64,000 nucleotides of DNA, from NCBI RefSeq assembly GCF_009914755.1, contig NC_060934.1; one strand, 5' to 3'. This DNA comes from the human T2T-CHM13v2.0 reference genome, Homo sapiens. The notes under the pieces were generated by a model that saw nothing but the letters and a program-made list of their open reading frames with translations, made no database searches and was not told where the DNA came from. Each line of letters begins with the position of its first letter. Position 1 is the first letter of the stretch. Positions 32,382-56,468 of the stretch are shown piece after piece. The position numbers were made by a program, and so were the translations under genes.

Positions 32382-34019
32382 CAAGACTGTTGATTCTAAG
32401 AGAGCAGAGACTATGTCTGTCTGACTCACTGTTGTTCATTACTGGCCCATTACTTTATACATTTTAGGTTTCCTGGCACATATCAGGTACTCAACAAACA
32501 TCTGTCGAATTGTATTTAATGTGATTTTCACAGTTTCTCTTGTGTCAGGAGGGTTGCTGTCTCCATTGAAAAGGTTTTTTTGGGTCACCTCCTCTCTAAC
32601 CATTTGTGGTCCTGTCTCCTACCAGTTGGGGGTTGTCCCAGAGGCTATTAATTCTTGTGCTCGAGTTGAGCATATGTTTGGACTGACTGCAGCCTCCATA
32701 GCGTTGGAGGATCCCTAGGGTGAAAAGCAGTAAGTGCAGCTCATGTGTGAGGTGAGATGCAGTCAGAGGAAAGTGAATTGATGCCTCATGGAACTGTCTA
32801 CCATGGCCACAGCTGGAGTTAGAGGTGGGGTGGAGTGGAATTGCGATAGGGCGCCAGAGGCATCAGACACACCCAGTTTGTCAGAACCTGCCTTAGGTGT
32901 CTGAAATCCAGTTACAGTTATTGTGCCTATTAGGATGCACACCCTGACAGACTTGCATATGGAGAAAACCAATGCAATTTTGTTTTGAACAAATTGCCTT
33001 TCTACCCCTGCATCAACCACTTATGGAATGTGCTGTCCCCAGGAAGGGGATGTGATCTTGGCCCGGGGCAGGGGTCTTTAGCCGAGGAAAATTTCTGCAG
33101 AGCGACTCTGCTAAAAGCTGTCACCATGAACACTCCCAGCAACCAGGAGAATGAGTGATTAACATCTGCAAACAGGATCTGGGTGTTGTGCCATCAGCCC
33201 TGCACTGTTCACCTCCACTTGCTTTGTAACCCAAATAAGGGGAGCTGCTCCCCCAGGCTCCAAAGGGCTGATCTTTCTGGAATCAGCTGTCATACCGCTC
33301 AGCTTACTAAGAGCACCTCTGCCAAGTCCTGCAGAGGGCAGAGAAGTCACCCATAAGTCACCACTTCACACATGAACCATCTCATTATCCCTTTTCCTGA
33401 CCTCGACTGCAGGGCTTACAAATCTCTATAAACATCCTCTAAAATCTCCCCTCAATTTAGAGCTTTCATCACCCTAAACCTAATGGCTTCAAAGGCAAAT
33501 ATAAAGGGCTGTGGTAAACTTGGATCTGGAATATGACAGGTTCAAATCCTTACTTTGCCACTCATATTCATGGGATCTTGAGTAATGTAATCTCTCTAGA
33601 TCTCAGCTATGAAATGAAGTAATAGTAGAGCCTCATAAGGTTTGCAGTGGACAGCCTCTCATGCCTCCTGGCACTGCATTTTGAAATGCAATAGCAAGTG
33701 CTTCTCCCACTGCCTGGAACACACTCCACCATCACCACTGCTCTCTTCAGCTGGCTGTCTGCCTCCTGTCCATCCTTAAAAATTTGGCTCAGATCAGACA
33801 TTGCTTCCTAGAAACCAAAAGGCTGGGCTGATCTTTACTGGTGCCCCACAGCACCCAGTGAACACCCTGCTTACTTACCACACTATCACACTTGCCTACT
33901 TACTTGCTGTATTGCCCCATCCTACACACACACACAAGGCTATATGGCTTTTTGTTGCCTCAGCAACTAGCCTACAGTAGATACTCAATAAATATTTATA
34001 GGAAGAAAGAAAGGAGACT

Positions 34020-34654
<635 letters not shown>

Positions 34655-36314
34655 CAGTAAATTCATTTTAAGTGCTCATACCAGGGCAGAGACCAGGAGA
34701 AAGATGAGAAGCTGGCCCAGCTTGTTGGGATGCTCCTGGAGGGCTGTGGTTGGGGTTTAACATCCAGCTAGCTTAGCTCATAGCTGGTGAAGACATTAAT
34801 CTACGTGTTCTATTATGCAATTGCAGGTAGCAGGCACTGTGCTCACTCTCTCCACTATGGGAACTTATAGCTACTCAGAGACAGACACATATATTGACTC
34901 CTGTAGACAACTGACTCCTGTAGACAAGGTGAACTAATGCATCCCAGCAATTACCACGTGCGAATCTCTACACTAGATGCAACAACATATCCTCCTGAAT
35001 CCACTGAAGAGTCACCCTGCAAGGATGAGTAATCAGGTTCAGAGATGTTAGGTAACTTCCCATGGTTACACATAAAGTCCTGACATGGACACTGTAGGCT
35101 CACTTCTAAGTTTTTTCCATGACTCACTTGCCTGATTTACCTGCATGTCATATTCAACTTTTTGTTCTTTCATGCAACAAAGCCATCTCATATGGGCCAG
35201 ATGCCATCTTAGGCATTAGCAACAGAAACAATCCCCAGGGAACAGCACAGCCACAGCCCCCGCCCCCGCCCTCAGAGAGATTAGCATTTGTGAAAACAGA
35301 CATTGAGCACATAATGAGACATGAAGTGTGCATGATGTGTGACGGGGGGGAAATACAGGATGCTAACCCAGGCCAAGCAGTTCAAAGTGAACTGAAGCTT
35401 TTACATCTGAAGAAGTGATGAAGACTCAGGAGTTGGCTGAGGAAAGTCAGCACTACGAGGGAAGGAAAGTGAACCAGGCAGATGGAACAACGTATGAGAA
35501 GGGACAGACAGAAGGTGCATTCAGGGACCTTAGAGAAGGGTGGCTGGAGAGGACAGCAGGGGCCAGATCACGAACTTCGTGTGTACACATTTGAGACTTA
35601 ATCCTAAAGCGATTAGAAGCCACGGCTTCTAATTCACAAATTCTTTTGCCACAGAAGAGGCAGAAATCACTTCATTTTAATACCTACCAATAACCTATAG
35701 GATGGTCAGTTCAAATTATTCTCAGGTCCACAGCAACTGACCTAGGATACTATGGGGTTGATCCCATAAGAACAGGAGGAAAGAGCTGCTTTCCCCACAA
35801 CTCCCATTACCACTCCCTGCTGGCCCAAGATCACCAGGAAATTGATCCCAGGAGGAAATACAGAACGTTTGGGAAGAGCAGGTCCAACTCTGGCTCTTGG
35901 GCCGCTAACATCTTAATAGTCAAGTTGGTTATATTGTGCCATTACATTACCAGTTATAATTTACACAAATTGTCCTTCTCTGGCTTGGTCTGTCTCCTCC
36001 CCTCCTCAGTGCAGAAGTACTTTTGCTCTCAGGGACGGATCCCAGTGGCCTGATGCTCCATCCTCCCTCCTTGCCCCTCTGCCACAGGCCCTGTCCCACA
36101 AAGGATTAGAAGAACACCCCTTGTTAAATTCCAGGAGTCAGCAAAGAGTGGACACCTTGTTTTAAACATTCTTATACCAGGTAGGCAGTATTCTGGCAAG
36201 AGTATAACAAAAGCCTCTACAGTTAAGTTAAACCCGCAAATAAACTGGCTCCCTAGTTGAAATGTGCAAGACAGCCTTAGGAGCATGTTAAGATGACAGA
36301 AAAATGAAGACGTG

Positions 36315-36356
36315 GGAAAAAAAAACACAAATCACTGATAGTAAAATAATTTTATT
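36315..36356 (-). terminator. ERLIN1: ERLIN1 polyadenylation signal (AATAAA 36356-36351) with downstream GTGATTTGTGTTTTTTTTT element
   Basis: Canonical PAS followed by a GU/U-rich DSE on the minus strand. Confidence 0.8.
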
Positions 36357-38371
36357 TAGTTTCTTATTTTAAAAAAGGTAGCATTTCAACATATAAATTT
36401 AGACTCAAGATTACAGTGTATATTTGCCAAAAGGAACACCCCGAAAGACGGCCAGCCTCAGAGCTGAGAGGGCACAGGGAGGCACACTCCTCACACATGG
36501 AGTTTAAGCAGAAGTGCTTTAAGACTTCACAGCGGCATTTCCCTGTTCCTCAGCCCCGCCTCCAGGGCCATCACTTTGGGGCAACAGCTTTTGCTCATGT
36601 AACTATAAAACATCTCTAGGAATGAAAGCACAGAGGTCAATGATCCAGATTTTCCACAACAATCATCTGCAGCAACAATTCGACAGGTAAAGATTTTATT
36701 TTTATAATTCAAAAGTTCTTTTAAGGAGAACTAAAGAACACAAAATTCATTTATAAAGAGAATTTATAGAATTAAATGAGCAAAAATGAAAAATTATTTT
36801 CTCCATATTACAAATGCCTCTATAGGATAAGGCCCAGGGGAAAGACCCATTCAAATCTGGGCTTTCCTTTCCCAAATAAAGTGTTTGGCACAACCAACAA
36901 ACTGTCATGAGACTGACAGGCCTGACAGCTGAAAGATTTCTAGAAGTGGTCCCATGACTTTTTTGTTGAGCTTCAACATAGCGTACACAAGAGTTGTCTT
37001 AACAAGCTGCACAAACTCAGGCCGAACTACGCAGCACACTGCTCCAGAAAAGTTAAACTGAAGGAAAAAAAGGGTCCACATGAAGTAGGTCTCCTAATGC
37101 CACAGGTTAACTCTGTTGTTTCTCATGGAAAATTAAATTCACTGGCTGCCCAGGACGTCAGTGGAATCCTGATCTCCTGGGGGAGGTGACAGCTGGAGAA
37201 ACAACTTGGATTTAAGCATCTCTGGGCCAGGTGGGAAGGAGACAATGATGACCAAGGATGCTTTCTAGGTGACTTTTTGTTCCACACTATGTGGGCTCCA
37301 GATAAACAATCTTAAGGAGCATCAGTGTGCTTGTGACCATGGCAGCCCTAGGACTTGGGCCTTTAGACAGAGGTGATGGGGCAAATGAATATACCCCAGA
37401 TCCAGTTTTAAAAATAAAAACTTCCTGTAATTATGATACAATACTGTGCAGCAAGTCACTAGGAATTGCATGCTGCTCCTATTTGTGGTTAAAACCCTGT
37501 CCCACTCTTGGCCAGAGCTGAAAGGTAACATACAAGGAGGTGGCTGTGGCTAAAACCAGGTACCTTAGTCAAGCATGGCCTGCGGCAGTGATGCTGACAG
37601 TCATCAACCCAATGCAGGGAATGCAAGGCCCCAGAGCTTTGGCTCAGAGCAAAGGTTTCATCTCACCCCAACTTCAAACCAAGCCCTCTGTATCTCTGAG
37701 TTTATGAATACAAGAAACTAGTGATTAGGAATCTCTATGAGGAATCTGGTTGGGTAGCAAAGCTCAGGTCCCTGCAGGCCACCACCCTGACTGCAGGAAA
37801 ACAGAAAGGTGCAAATCGTATCAAGTAAAAGGTTGCTCAAGTGGAAGATCATTTCCTGGGGAACTTCAGCGGCCTGGATCTTAATCACATGGATGAAGGC
37901 TGGGACTGGATCCCAAAGAAAGGGCCTGGGTCCCAGGTGCAATCAGTCTTCTTGAACTTACCATCTCCTTCTCAGTCATCTCTTGAATGGTGGCTGAGCA
38001 TACATTTCCCCGGGGGACGAATGTAAACATTATTCAACAGATCTCAGCTTAGGAAAACACAGCTTGTTATATATTTAGTGTTTAACATTCCAGTGCAGGC
38101 AGTATCTTAGCATCAGACTTTCCTCATTCATGAGTAGCAGTTTAGAAAGGAATACATATAGGATACTTGATAAGACTGTGGCTGAAAAGACCATTTGTGT
38201 GTCAGACAGCTGGCTCTATCCTCCAATCAGTGGAGCACCCAGGACTATCGCAGGAGAGGTGGAACAGATGAAGTGTAAGTTCTCTGTAAATCTGAAGAGT
38301 CCGTATAATGATTGTTCCCACTTAACCCCTTGGGCCACATCTTGATATGGAGAACATTTCCACCTCTTGCA
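36335..38371 (-). other. ERLIN1: ERLIN1 3'UTR
   Basis: Repeat-free ~2 kb after the stop codon, ending at AATAAA with a downstream GU/U-rich element; the exact 3' end is approximate. Confidence 0.8.
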
Positions 38372-38656
<285 letters not shown>

Positions 38657-38959
38657 CTATATACATTTCACCTATTGTTCTCCTGAGTATCATGAGTCAA
38701 GTCTGAATAACTGCCAATGACCCTCTCTCACTTTGGAGAGTGGCTATCACATTAACAGCTGCGTTCCTGACTTAAAATTCCTTCATTAAGCTCCTGACTT
38801 AATGCAAGAGAAGCTGTTCACTTTTTAATAAAAGGATGGGGGAGTTGGAAAACAATTTGTGATAACTAATGATAATAACTAATATTTCTAAAGTGACTTT
38901 CATTTCATCTAGTTGAATTCAACCTGGAATTGGTCTGGAGTTTCTGTTGATTCTCTTTT

Positions 38960-39250
38960 CTAAAAAAATTATTTTTATTTTTGTAGAGATGGGGTCTATG
39001 TTGCCAGGCTGGTCTCAAACTCCTGGCCTCAAGCAATCCTCCTACCTTGGCCTCCCAAAGTGTCGGAATCAAAGATGTGAGCCACTGCACCCAGCCTTTT
39101 TTTTTTCTGGAGATGAGATCTCACTCTGTTGCCCAGGCTGGAATACAGTGGTTCAATTATAGCTCGCTGCTGCAGCCTCAAACTTCTGGGCTCAAGAGAT
39201 ACTCTCATCTTAGCCTCCAGGGAGGCTACAGGAATGAGCCATCATGCCTG
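38960..39250 (-). mobile_element. Alu fragments (FLAM-like plus right arm)
   Basis: Reverse Alu consensus. Confidence 0.8.
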
Positions 39251-39468
39251 GTTCTCTGTTGATTCTCTTGAGAGAGATACACAGGTCAGTGGATGAGAGC
39301 AGAACTTCAAAGGAAGGGCTGGTGCTCATTATCTTATCATTAGCTGTGATTCTGCTTTTCTTGAACAAATTCTAGAACTAGAATAAAATCTCAAGTTGTC
39401 ACCTGATCTGGCCTTCTGCCTTTCCCCAGAAGCTGGATGTTTAAGCTGCTTGTGACAGACAGATGTTT

Positions 39469-39657
39469 GTCGACCACCAGATCTATGTGACAGTGTTTTG
39501 TTTAAATCAGGATGCCAAGATGTATCTAACCAGAACCTATCTGGGTTTGATTAAAACTCGTCGACCACCAGATCTCCCTCTGTCACACTGTTTTGTTTTG
39601 TCTAAATCAGGATGCCAAGATGTATCTAACCAGAATCTATCTGGATTTGATTAAAAC
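39469..39657. repeat. Two-copy tandem duplication (~89 and ~98 bp)
   Basis: GTCGACCACCAGATCT...AAATCAGGATGCCAAGATGTATCTAACCAGAA.CTATCTGG.TTTGATTAAAAC, twice. Confidence 0.95.
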
Positions 39658-40584
39658 CCATTTCCACTGTTCCCTGTAACATATGCCTTTCAAAGCCCCT
39701 CAGACCCTGCTCTGTGATCCTCTCCTTATCTTGAGTCCTGGCCTGTCCCCCAGGCAAAAGTCCATCTTGTCCTTCACAGTCCTACAGCATTTATTTTCTA
39801 CACTTTGACATCTTTCACTCTTTGGATCTCTATCTTCTCCAGGTGATTCATATCCTCTGTCGAAACACTCCAATCAAATCTGGTCATAGTGCACAACCAC
39901 ATTTCTTCCTCAAGCCTTTTTAATATAGGTTAGTATCTGAGTCACATTTTTCAAAATGGCATAAAACTACTGCCCCTTTCTGAATAAGGTAGACCTCAAT
40001 GGCAAGGTCTTGAAACTTGTGCCTGACGAGCTTCTCCCATTAGATTTGGACTCCTAGTTTCCTCAACTGGAGTTTCCTGTCATGCCTTTCTTTTGGCCAA
40101 ATTCCATTCTGTGTCTATAGAACTGTGTCTTTCAATGTTATGTTCATTTTAAAATTTATATTGGTTTTCAAAGTACTGACAACTCTCATTCTATCATCTT
40201 ATCATTTCTTCTAAATACGGATTATGTTGTTCCTTTCTAAATTAAAAGCCCTGTCTATATCTTAAAACTTGACTCTAATCCTTCAAACTGCATCATCCAC
40301 TTTAGTAATCTCTTTCTCAACCCTTTATCTGTTCCAATCTGCTCCACGATAACCTTATAAATCTTGGACATACCCTTCCCTTCTCAGAATACTATCGGAG
40401 TTCTAGCTGCCTCTTAAATAGCCCCTGCTCACTAGCCCTGTACCGTCTAGCCAGCTTACCCCAGTCCTTACACCAAATTATCACCTATATATCACCCAAC
40501 CTGCCTTCTCAAGTTATCCCACATGAAATTCCTCATGACTGGAATAGTTTTTTAAATCCAATAAACAAGGAGTACTCAACAAGG

Positions 40585-40766
40585 GGCATATGGAAATACA
40601 TGCATGTGTGTGTGGCAGTTAAAACAACTGGTGACCACTACTGACATTCAGTAGACAAGGGCCAGGGATACAAAATATCCTACAATGCATGAGATGGTCT
40701 TCAACAATGAAAAAGTATCTCAACCCCAAATGCCAGGAATGCCTTTGATGAGAAATACTGCTCTAA
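40585..40766. mobile_element. hAT-Charlie MITE (MER3/MER20-like)
   Basis: ACTGACATTCAGTAGACAAGGGCCAGGGAT..ATCCTACAATGCA..GAGAAATACTG. Confidence 0.6.
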
Positions 40767-40992
40767 TCAAGCTAAGTATCTACCAAAAAAACTACCTTAT
40801 TTGGAAAGCAATTCTAAATAGACTTTACTCTTCTGTCACTCTTATTTCAGAAGACCTTCAACTTAATTAATTATTCAGCCTTATATAGCAGTACAAATGA
40901 ATGGAATTACGGCATTTGGCCTGTGTCCCTACCCAATCAATGTGAAATATTTCTTGCTAACTGACTAATTCTGGAGGATGTCTTGGTCACTA

Positions 40993-41205
<213 letters not shown>

Positions 41206-41653
41206 TCAATCCATTCCCTCAGCTAGTTAAGAGTCCCTTTCCCCACTGCTTAATATTGTGACTGCTTATTTCACATTGAAAGTTTTAAAAACCTATTAGC
41301 AGTTTTCAAGTCCCAGTCCCCAAACAGCAACTTCTCTACGAGGAATACTCTTTTCACTGTCAAATAACTCTCAGCTCATCTGAGCCTACTTGTTTTCTAC
41401 TCTAAGTTGTTCCTTCTCTCCTCCACCCACTCTCCCACCTCCTATCACCCAGAGCCTTACATTCCACCCAGGTACTAAGCTTCAAGTAAAATAAGTCCAG
41501 ACATAAAAGCTCTATTTACTGCATTGTCTCCAGCCCCCCCCCAAATTTCATCCAGAATCAGTCAACAGAGACAGACAGGAAGCAGCAATATATAACAAGT
41601 GACTTCAAGACCGAGCTAAGAACATCAACATCTCACTATGTGAAATCAAGTAG

Positions 41654-42070
<417 letters not shown>

Positions 42071-42230
42071 ATCTTGTATATTCTTTACTATTGATTATGG
42101 GTAATTTTCATACCTTGTCTGCCTGAAAATAAAGTGGTAGCTAATAAGCCCCAATTTAAGGAAGAAAAGGAAAGCTGAGCTACCCACAGTCACAAACAAA
42201 CCCAAAAGCTGGAAATGTGATAGCAATTTA

Positions 42231-42566
<336 letters not shown>

Positions 42567-42972
42567 TTACAGAAAGTTTTATGTGCTAATTGTTTCACTA
42601 AGTTTTATCTAGTCAGACTGTAAACTACTCAAAGGAAAAAAGGGAATTTATTTCCTAATTTACTGTTCTATTTTGACAGTGCTAGTTTTGTGGGAAGAAG
42701 GAGTAAAAAAAGGTTAAAGTGCCAGTCCTTCATGCAACTCTGTAGCAACGGTCCACAAGCTAATGGGAAAAAAAGATACTTTATGAAAGTACCACAGAAC
42801 AAAAACAGAGCAACATAAATGCATGGCAACACAGGACAATTAATGTGGCAGGAGAAAGAAAGAATGAGTGACATAAGTTAAACCAAGGAAGACCTTCTGG
42901 AAGTAATCTTAAAGGAAATAATGGATATGACCTAAGAAGACATGCCAGGAAGCACAGAGAAAGACAAGAAGG

Positions 42973-43437
<465 letters not shown>

Positions 43438-44049
43438 CTACTGTTAAGTTACCATTAGGGAAATGACAGGATGAAAATGGTATCAGAAGAGGAGTATTCC
43501 AACTGCTGTAGGGAAATAAAGCAGAAAGCAGGGTGATTCATTTGAGAAGGTGAAAACAAGCATTGGGAGTGAACATGTTGGTGTGGCAAGCAAGTACATG
43601 CAGAGGAAACTCAACACCCTTAATAAACCTCTGGCCTACCCAAATGACCCAGGACAAGGAAGAAAGACTTGAATTACACTTTACATTCAATCACTGCTAT
43701 TCTTAAAGAACATTCTCAATTCTCCTTTTCAGTCAAAGAAGATGGGTATTTTAGGACATCTTATCTCTGACCCCTAGAAAAAGTACATAATGGAAAGAAA
43801 ACTTCCAAGTGATTTTTTTCTTTCCATAAAACAGTATGCTTTACGAACTGCTCCAGGAGATAATTCCCTCTTTCTCCACCAATGTAAAATCAATCTATAT
43901 TACACCATCCAAAAACTAAACTACTATGTTCAATGGGGCTAGAAATTGAACTGTAAGCAGAAACTCAAGATAAAACATGAATAAAAGGTGAGGGATCTGA
44001 AGCCTGCAGCTAGAACCCAAAGGATGTTACCTCAACATAGGGGGACTGT

Positions 44050-49720
<5,671 letters not shown>

Positions 49721-50225
49721 ATGTATTAAACTTTCAGCATCAACCGAGGGCCAAAGAGGGCAATCTAATACACAGTGACCTGGAGTATAAGGGAAGCCAC
49801 TGTAATCTGAAATGAACTGTAAACAATCCTGCCATGCTTTCATAAACGGCACTACCTATCCAGGTAAAACTAAGTGCATGTCAACAACAAGGATGCATAC
49901 TACAATCTGAAACTTTGGTCAAAAAACTTCCCTATTCTTAATCTGTACAAATGAAAATGCTATCCACAGACTCAAGCTGCCTATAAACCCTATCCATTCT
50001 CCCTGTTCTTGAAAGAGACAACAGTAGCATCTAACAACATGATGGACAGCCACAGCACATCATTAAGTACTGGTCTCACCTACTTTTAAAGGCTTTAGAA
50101 CATCTGAATGTACAGTGGAGATTCCAGAATTCCCCACTACCTATGATGCAATCTTACTGAGTCCCATGATACCCAAAATGAGACTGACAAAGAACAGGAC
50201 AAACAAATGTACTTAGAGACAATCA

Positions 50226-50417
<192 letters not shown>

Positions 50418-50903
50418 TCAGAGAACCGTTTTGTCAACATGAGCTTTTGGACCCATTAAGGTAGGTTAAGAGAGGTGTTACTTTATTTTACTTATAATAA
50501 ATCTGAGGTTGAAAGATTCAATGATTTGCCCAAAGTCACCCAGAGATAGGAAAAAAATTTAGTACATTTGAATTTTAGTTTGGCTTTCTTCTCCTAGTTG
50601 TATTGTGTAAAGCCTGTGATTTGGAAGGGAATATATCAATACTTCCTTTGCTGTTAGACCTCCAGCTAGTCCATACAGCAGCTCTGTGCCAATTAGAAAA
50701 CGGCACCAGCCGTTTCTACAGTCCTGCAGGTGCATGGTTTGACATGCAGAATGAAGCTGGGTTTCAGCCCCTGCCCTCCTCAGGTGGGCACCCATGTGCA
50801 GTGACCATATTTGTTGCACAGAAGATATAACTAGGTGGTAGTTATTAGGTAGTAAACTGGGGCTTACAGTAAGGAGAATTTTCTAAGGCTTCCAGTGTCT
50901 AAC

Positions 50904-51292
50904 ACAGGTTGAGCATTTCTGATCTGAAAATTTGAAATCCAAAATGCTCCAAAATCTGAAACTTTTTGAGAGCCCACATTATGACACAAGTGGAAAATTC
51001 CACACATAAGCACTTAAGGTAAACTTTGTTTCATGCACAAAATTATTTAAAATATTTTATAAAGTTACCTTCAGGCTATAGGTGTATATGGGACATAAAT
51101 AAAATACCTTAAAAAAAAAAAACTAACCACTATACCAACAAGGAAGAACATAAATAAATTTTATATTTAGACCTGGGTCCCATCCCTGAGATATCTCATT
51201 ATGTCTATGCAAATATTCCAGAATCTTTACAAATCCAAAATTTAAAATACTTCTGGTCCCAAGCATTTCGGATAAGGGGTACTAAACCTGTA
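50904..51292 (+). mobile_element. MER2 MITE
   Basis: CAGGTTGAGCATTTCTGATCTGAAAAT... to ...GGATAAGGGGTACTAAACCTGTA. Confidence 0.8.
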
Positions 51293-51487
51293 ATGGAAAT
51301 GGCTGGCATATTACTAAGCATGTACAAGTAGCTACTGGGTAACCACGTGGCAGAAATGGTATAAGAAAACACTACTATCAGGTGCAAGGTTATACTGGAT
51401 CATCCCAAGGTAGCTTTTAATTCTGGAATTCCAATAGTCCATAAAATTAAGAAAGATCCAGAATCATCTGAAAAGTAACTCCAATAG

Positions 51488-52685
<1,198 letters not shown>

Positions 52686-53589
52686 AGAAAAAGAGAAATA
52701 AAACTCTGTATGAGCTCAGAGAAGGTATGAGGGAAAAGGAAAATATAAAAGAAGAAAAAAACAATAAAAATCTGCATGGTAACAAAAAGGACTCAGAAGT
52801 AAACAACCTCATAAAGTAGTATTACTGCTCCTTGGACTTCCAGTATTTATACATCTGTGGTATCCTTGACTTGTGCAAATTTATTTTTCCAGCGTCTTAT
52901 ACTTTCCCTTTTAACACATCAGCCAAATTTCCTAAAGACTTTTATTTCTTCTTTTCAGTACCAGTCATACGAAAACAATATTGCCATTTCAAACACAGTA
53001 AGTATTCCCCTAAAAGGGATCCTGTCAGAAACTAATTTCATGTCTTCTCATTCCCAGTCAGCCCTGGATACATAAAAGAGAAGACTACCAGGAGTCAACA
53101 GAAGCAAGGCTTCCCTAGAGGCACATTATAAAGAACCAGGTCTAATTTTAGATATACAATCACATACAATGGAAAACCAAACTTTATACCAACAAGGTAT
53201 CTATTCCTACCATTACAACACAGAAACAAAATATGAGCACTCTCTTCAACCCTAACGGCTTCAGGACTCTTTCCTCTATTAAATATTTAATTCAAGGTAC
53301 TATTCATATAAAATTATAGCTCCTTAAGCTTCCAGCAATAGTTTTACAGCAAACTGCATCTTTAGCCACTGAAACTGCTCCTGAAATGTCCATACATAAA
53401 GAGAACACTAGTAAGAGTCTAGTGGGAATTAAGACACAAGAATAGGCAATATTACTAGAGTAAGAGTAAAGAAGATAAGACACATACTCCACCCCAGAGT
53501 GTATTGTCTCACATGTTTCCTCTAGACTGGAATATTAATATGCAGACAGCCCTAAACAGAAATATTGGGATCCCATGCATATTACTCAC

Positions 53590-53648
53590 ATTAACTCAAA
53601 ATTTCTTCTTATGGCTTCTGGGATTTTGGGTTTTGTAACACGCACAGC
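53590..53648 (-). CDS. ERLIN1: ERLIN1 coding exon (59 nt)
   Basis: tag|AVRVTKPKIPEAIRRNFEL(M)|gtgagt. Confidence 0.97.
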
Positions 53649-54903
53649 CTAAAAAATAAAAGTGAAAAAGCCAAAGTATATTTGAAAGATAAATCTTCAA
53701 ATTAAATCTTCTACAGAAAAGCCCCTCAAATGATACTAATCTAATAAACAACAGCTATAATATAGCGGCCTACTAACACGTTTGGGGATCCCACCAGAAC
53801 ATTTACTTTTCATGCCATCACACCAAGAATCAAAGACAAGCTGCTTCTTATTTCCTTACACAATGCCAGATTACAGGAAAAACCATCTACCCACTGAGGA
53901 AACAACTGCCTTATGAAAAAGGTTCTCACTTAAAAGATGTTTTACAAAGGTCGTTAGATACTTTTGCTTTCTTTTTCAACCCTGTAAACCAAAGAAGCCG
54001 GGAAGGCAAAGTTCCAAGACTGAAATTGTAAAGTCAGAAACAATTAGTCAAATACAAAAACAAACAAAAAAACCCAGGTTGGTGTATACAATTTAATACA
54101 GTGAGTAGTGAGTAAATTAATCTATCACTTCCAACCCCTGCAATCACTTGGTATTTGCTGTAAGTAAACAGCCCACTGGCTGAAGGAAAACAAATATCAA
54201 TTAAAAGCTTATATTCTTTCTTCCTTAACTCTCACTTAGAACAAAGTCTGTCTTTGTAGAGGCTGTTTACCAGACACTTTGTTTCCCTAATCATAGTGTT
54301 CTTTGACACAATTAAGATTATCTACCTGGACAGTACTGTTTTTTGAAGGCTGACTTTTCTACATCAAGGACTTGATCTCTCAAAAGCTTTTGATTTTACT
54401 AAACATACGATACCCCGCCGCCCCACCTATACTGCAAACACACACAAAAAACACTTTGCTGGTCTGAAGAAGTTTTCCTTCTGAAAACTGGCTAACCTTT
54501 TAAGAATAACAAAGCCTTTAAGCACTTAGTCTTCTTTAAAGGCTTTTAAAACTTTTAAGCGATATAGCATTTCCTATATGAAATAGATGAGTCAAATTTG
54601 TAGGTAATTTTGAGGACAATCATAACTAAATATAAGGATTACAGTGGAATGGAATAAGCAGCTGAAGGCTGTGTGGAAAAAACTCACAACACACTGGCAG
54701 TGACACATGTGAGGCCTCACAACTCAGTGGAGACATGCAGAAGACAAATAAAAATTCAGGACCAGATTTTGTGAGATGTCAGATTTCACCATGTGACTAG
54801 CAGACATAAGATTACTTCCAATATGGATTAATATGATTCAAGGAAGCACTGTCATACTGCATTTAATTAAGAGACTGGCCACATATCTTTTTAGCCTTAT
54901 TAA

Positions 54904-55259
<356 letters not shown>

Positions 55260-55404
55260 TGAGGCTGAAGAACATACTACATTGTGCTTGCCAATCTTGG
55301 GAAATCTCACAGATTTTCAAATATGTGAAAACATAAACACTTACTGTACAGATACCATGAGTAAGTTGCATCAAAAGAGATTTTAAAAGTAAAAGTGGGA
55401 AGTC

Positions 55405-55505
55405 CCACTCAGGCACCCCTCTCCCTCACAGGAGAGAGAGCTATTCTCCTTTCTGTTTCTTTTGCCTATTAAACCTCTGCTCTTAACCTCAAATAATAAA
55501 ATAAT
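55405..55505 (+). mobile_element. Short ERV1 LTR R-region-like fragment with A-rich tail
   Basis: GAGAGAGAGCTATTCTCCTTTCTGTTTCTTTTGCCTATTAAACCTCTGCTCTTAACCTCA resembles MER50/MER41-class LTR poly(A) regions. Confidence 0.55.
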
Positions 55506-56027
55506 GCCCCCATCCCACTCACATACATAGAGTGAATGGAGGAAAAAAATGGCTAATGAAAGGAATATATGTATTGAAACTGACCCCTGGGTTTTAAGCA
55601 TATATTATATATCAAAAGCCAGTCTATAATATAGTCACTCCCTTAAATAACATAGGAAAAAAAAAATCAAAGATGACCATTTTCATCATTCTAATTTGCC
55701 AGAGTAGTTTTTCAAGAAGAAAAATGGTATATAAATATATGGAAAGGAAAAAAATATAATAGTGACTGTAAAAATAGTAACCCAAAAATTACTAGAAGGC
55801 AGTGAATTCAAGTTGTAGATATAAGATAAATCTACCAAGAATCAATCACATTCCTCAATGATTAAAAAAAAAAAAGACTACATATTGAACAGCATTAAAA
55901 TTCATTAAATCCATTGGTATTAATTTAACTTAGGATATGAGTTTCTCCCCTAAATCAGAAATTCTAAAAACCAAAAAGGCTGATATGATAAAGTAAAGCC
56001 ATAAACTATGTTTCTATTTTTAACTTA

Positions 56028-56468
<441 letters not shown>

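Noticed and set aside
32845-32868. Possible CTCF site (GCGCCAGAGGCATC)
   Set aside because: Lacks the required spacing of the core G-run
34895-34928. Short tandem duplication TGACTCCTGTAGACAA x2
   Set aside because: Ordinary slippage duplication within a MIR-like region
50680-50830. Hairpin TAGAAAACGGC..GCCGTTTCTA as a candidate ncRNA
   Set aside because: Context resembles a MER91-type DNA transposon remnant; no snoRNA boxes or tRNA fold evident
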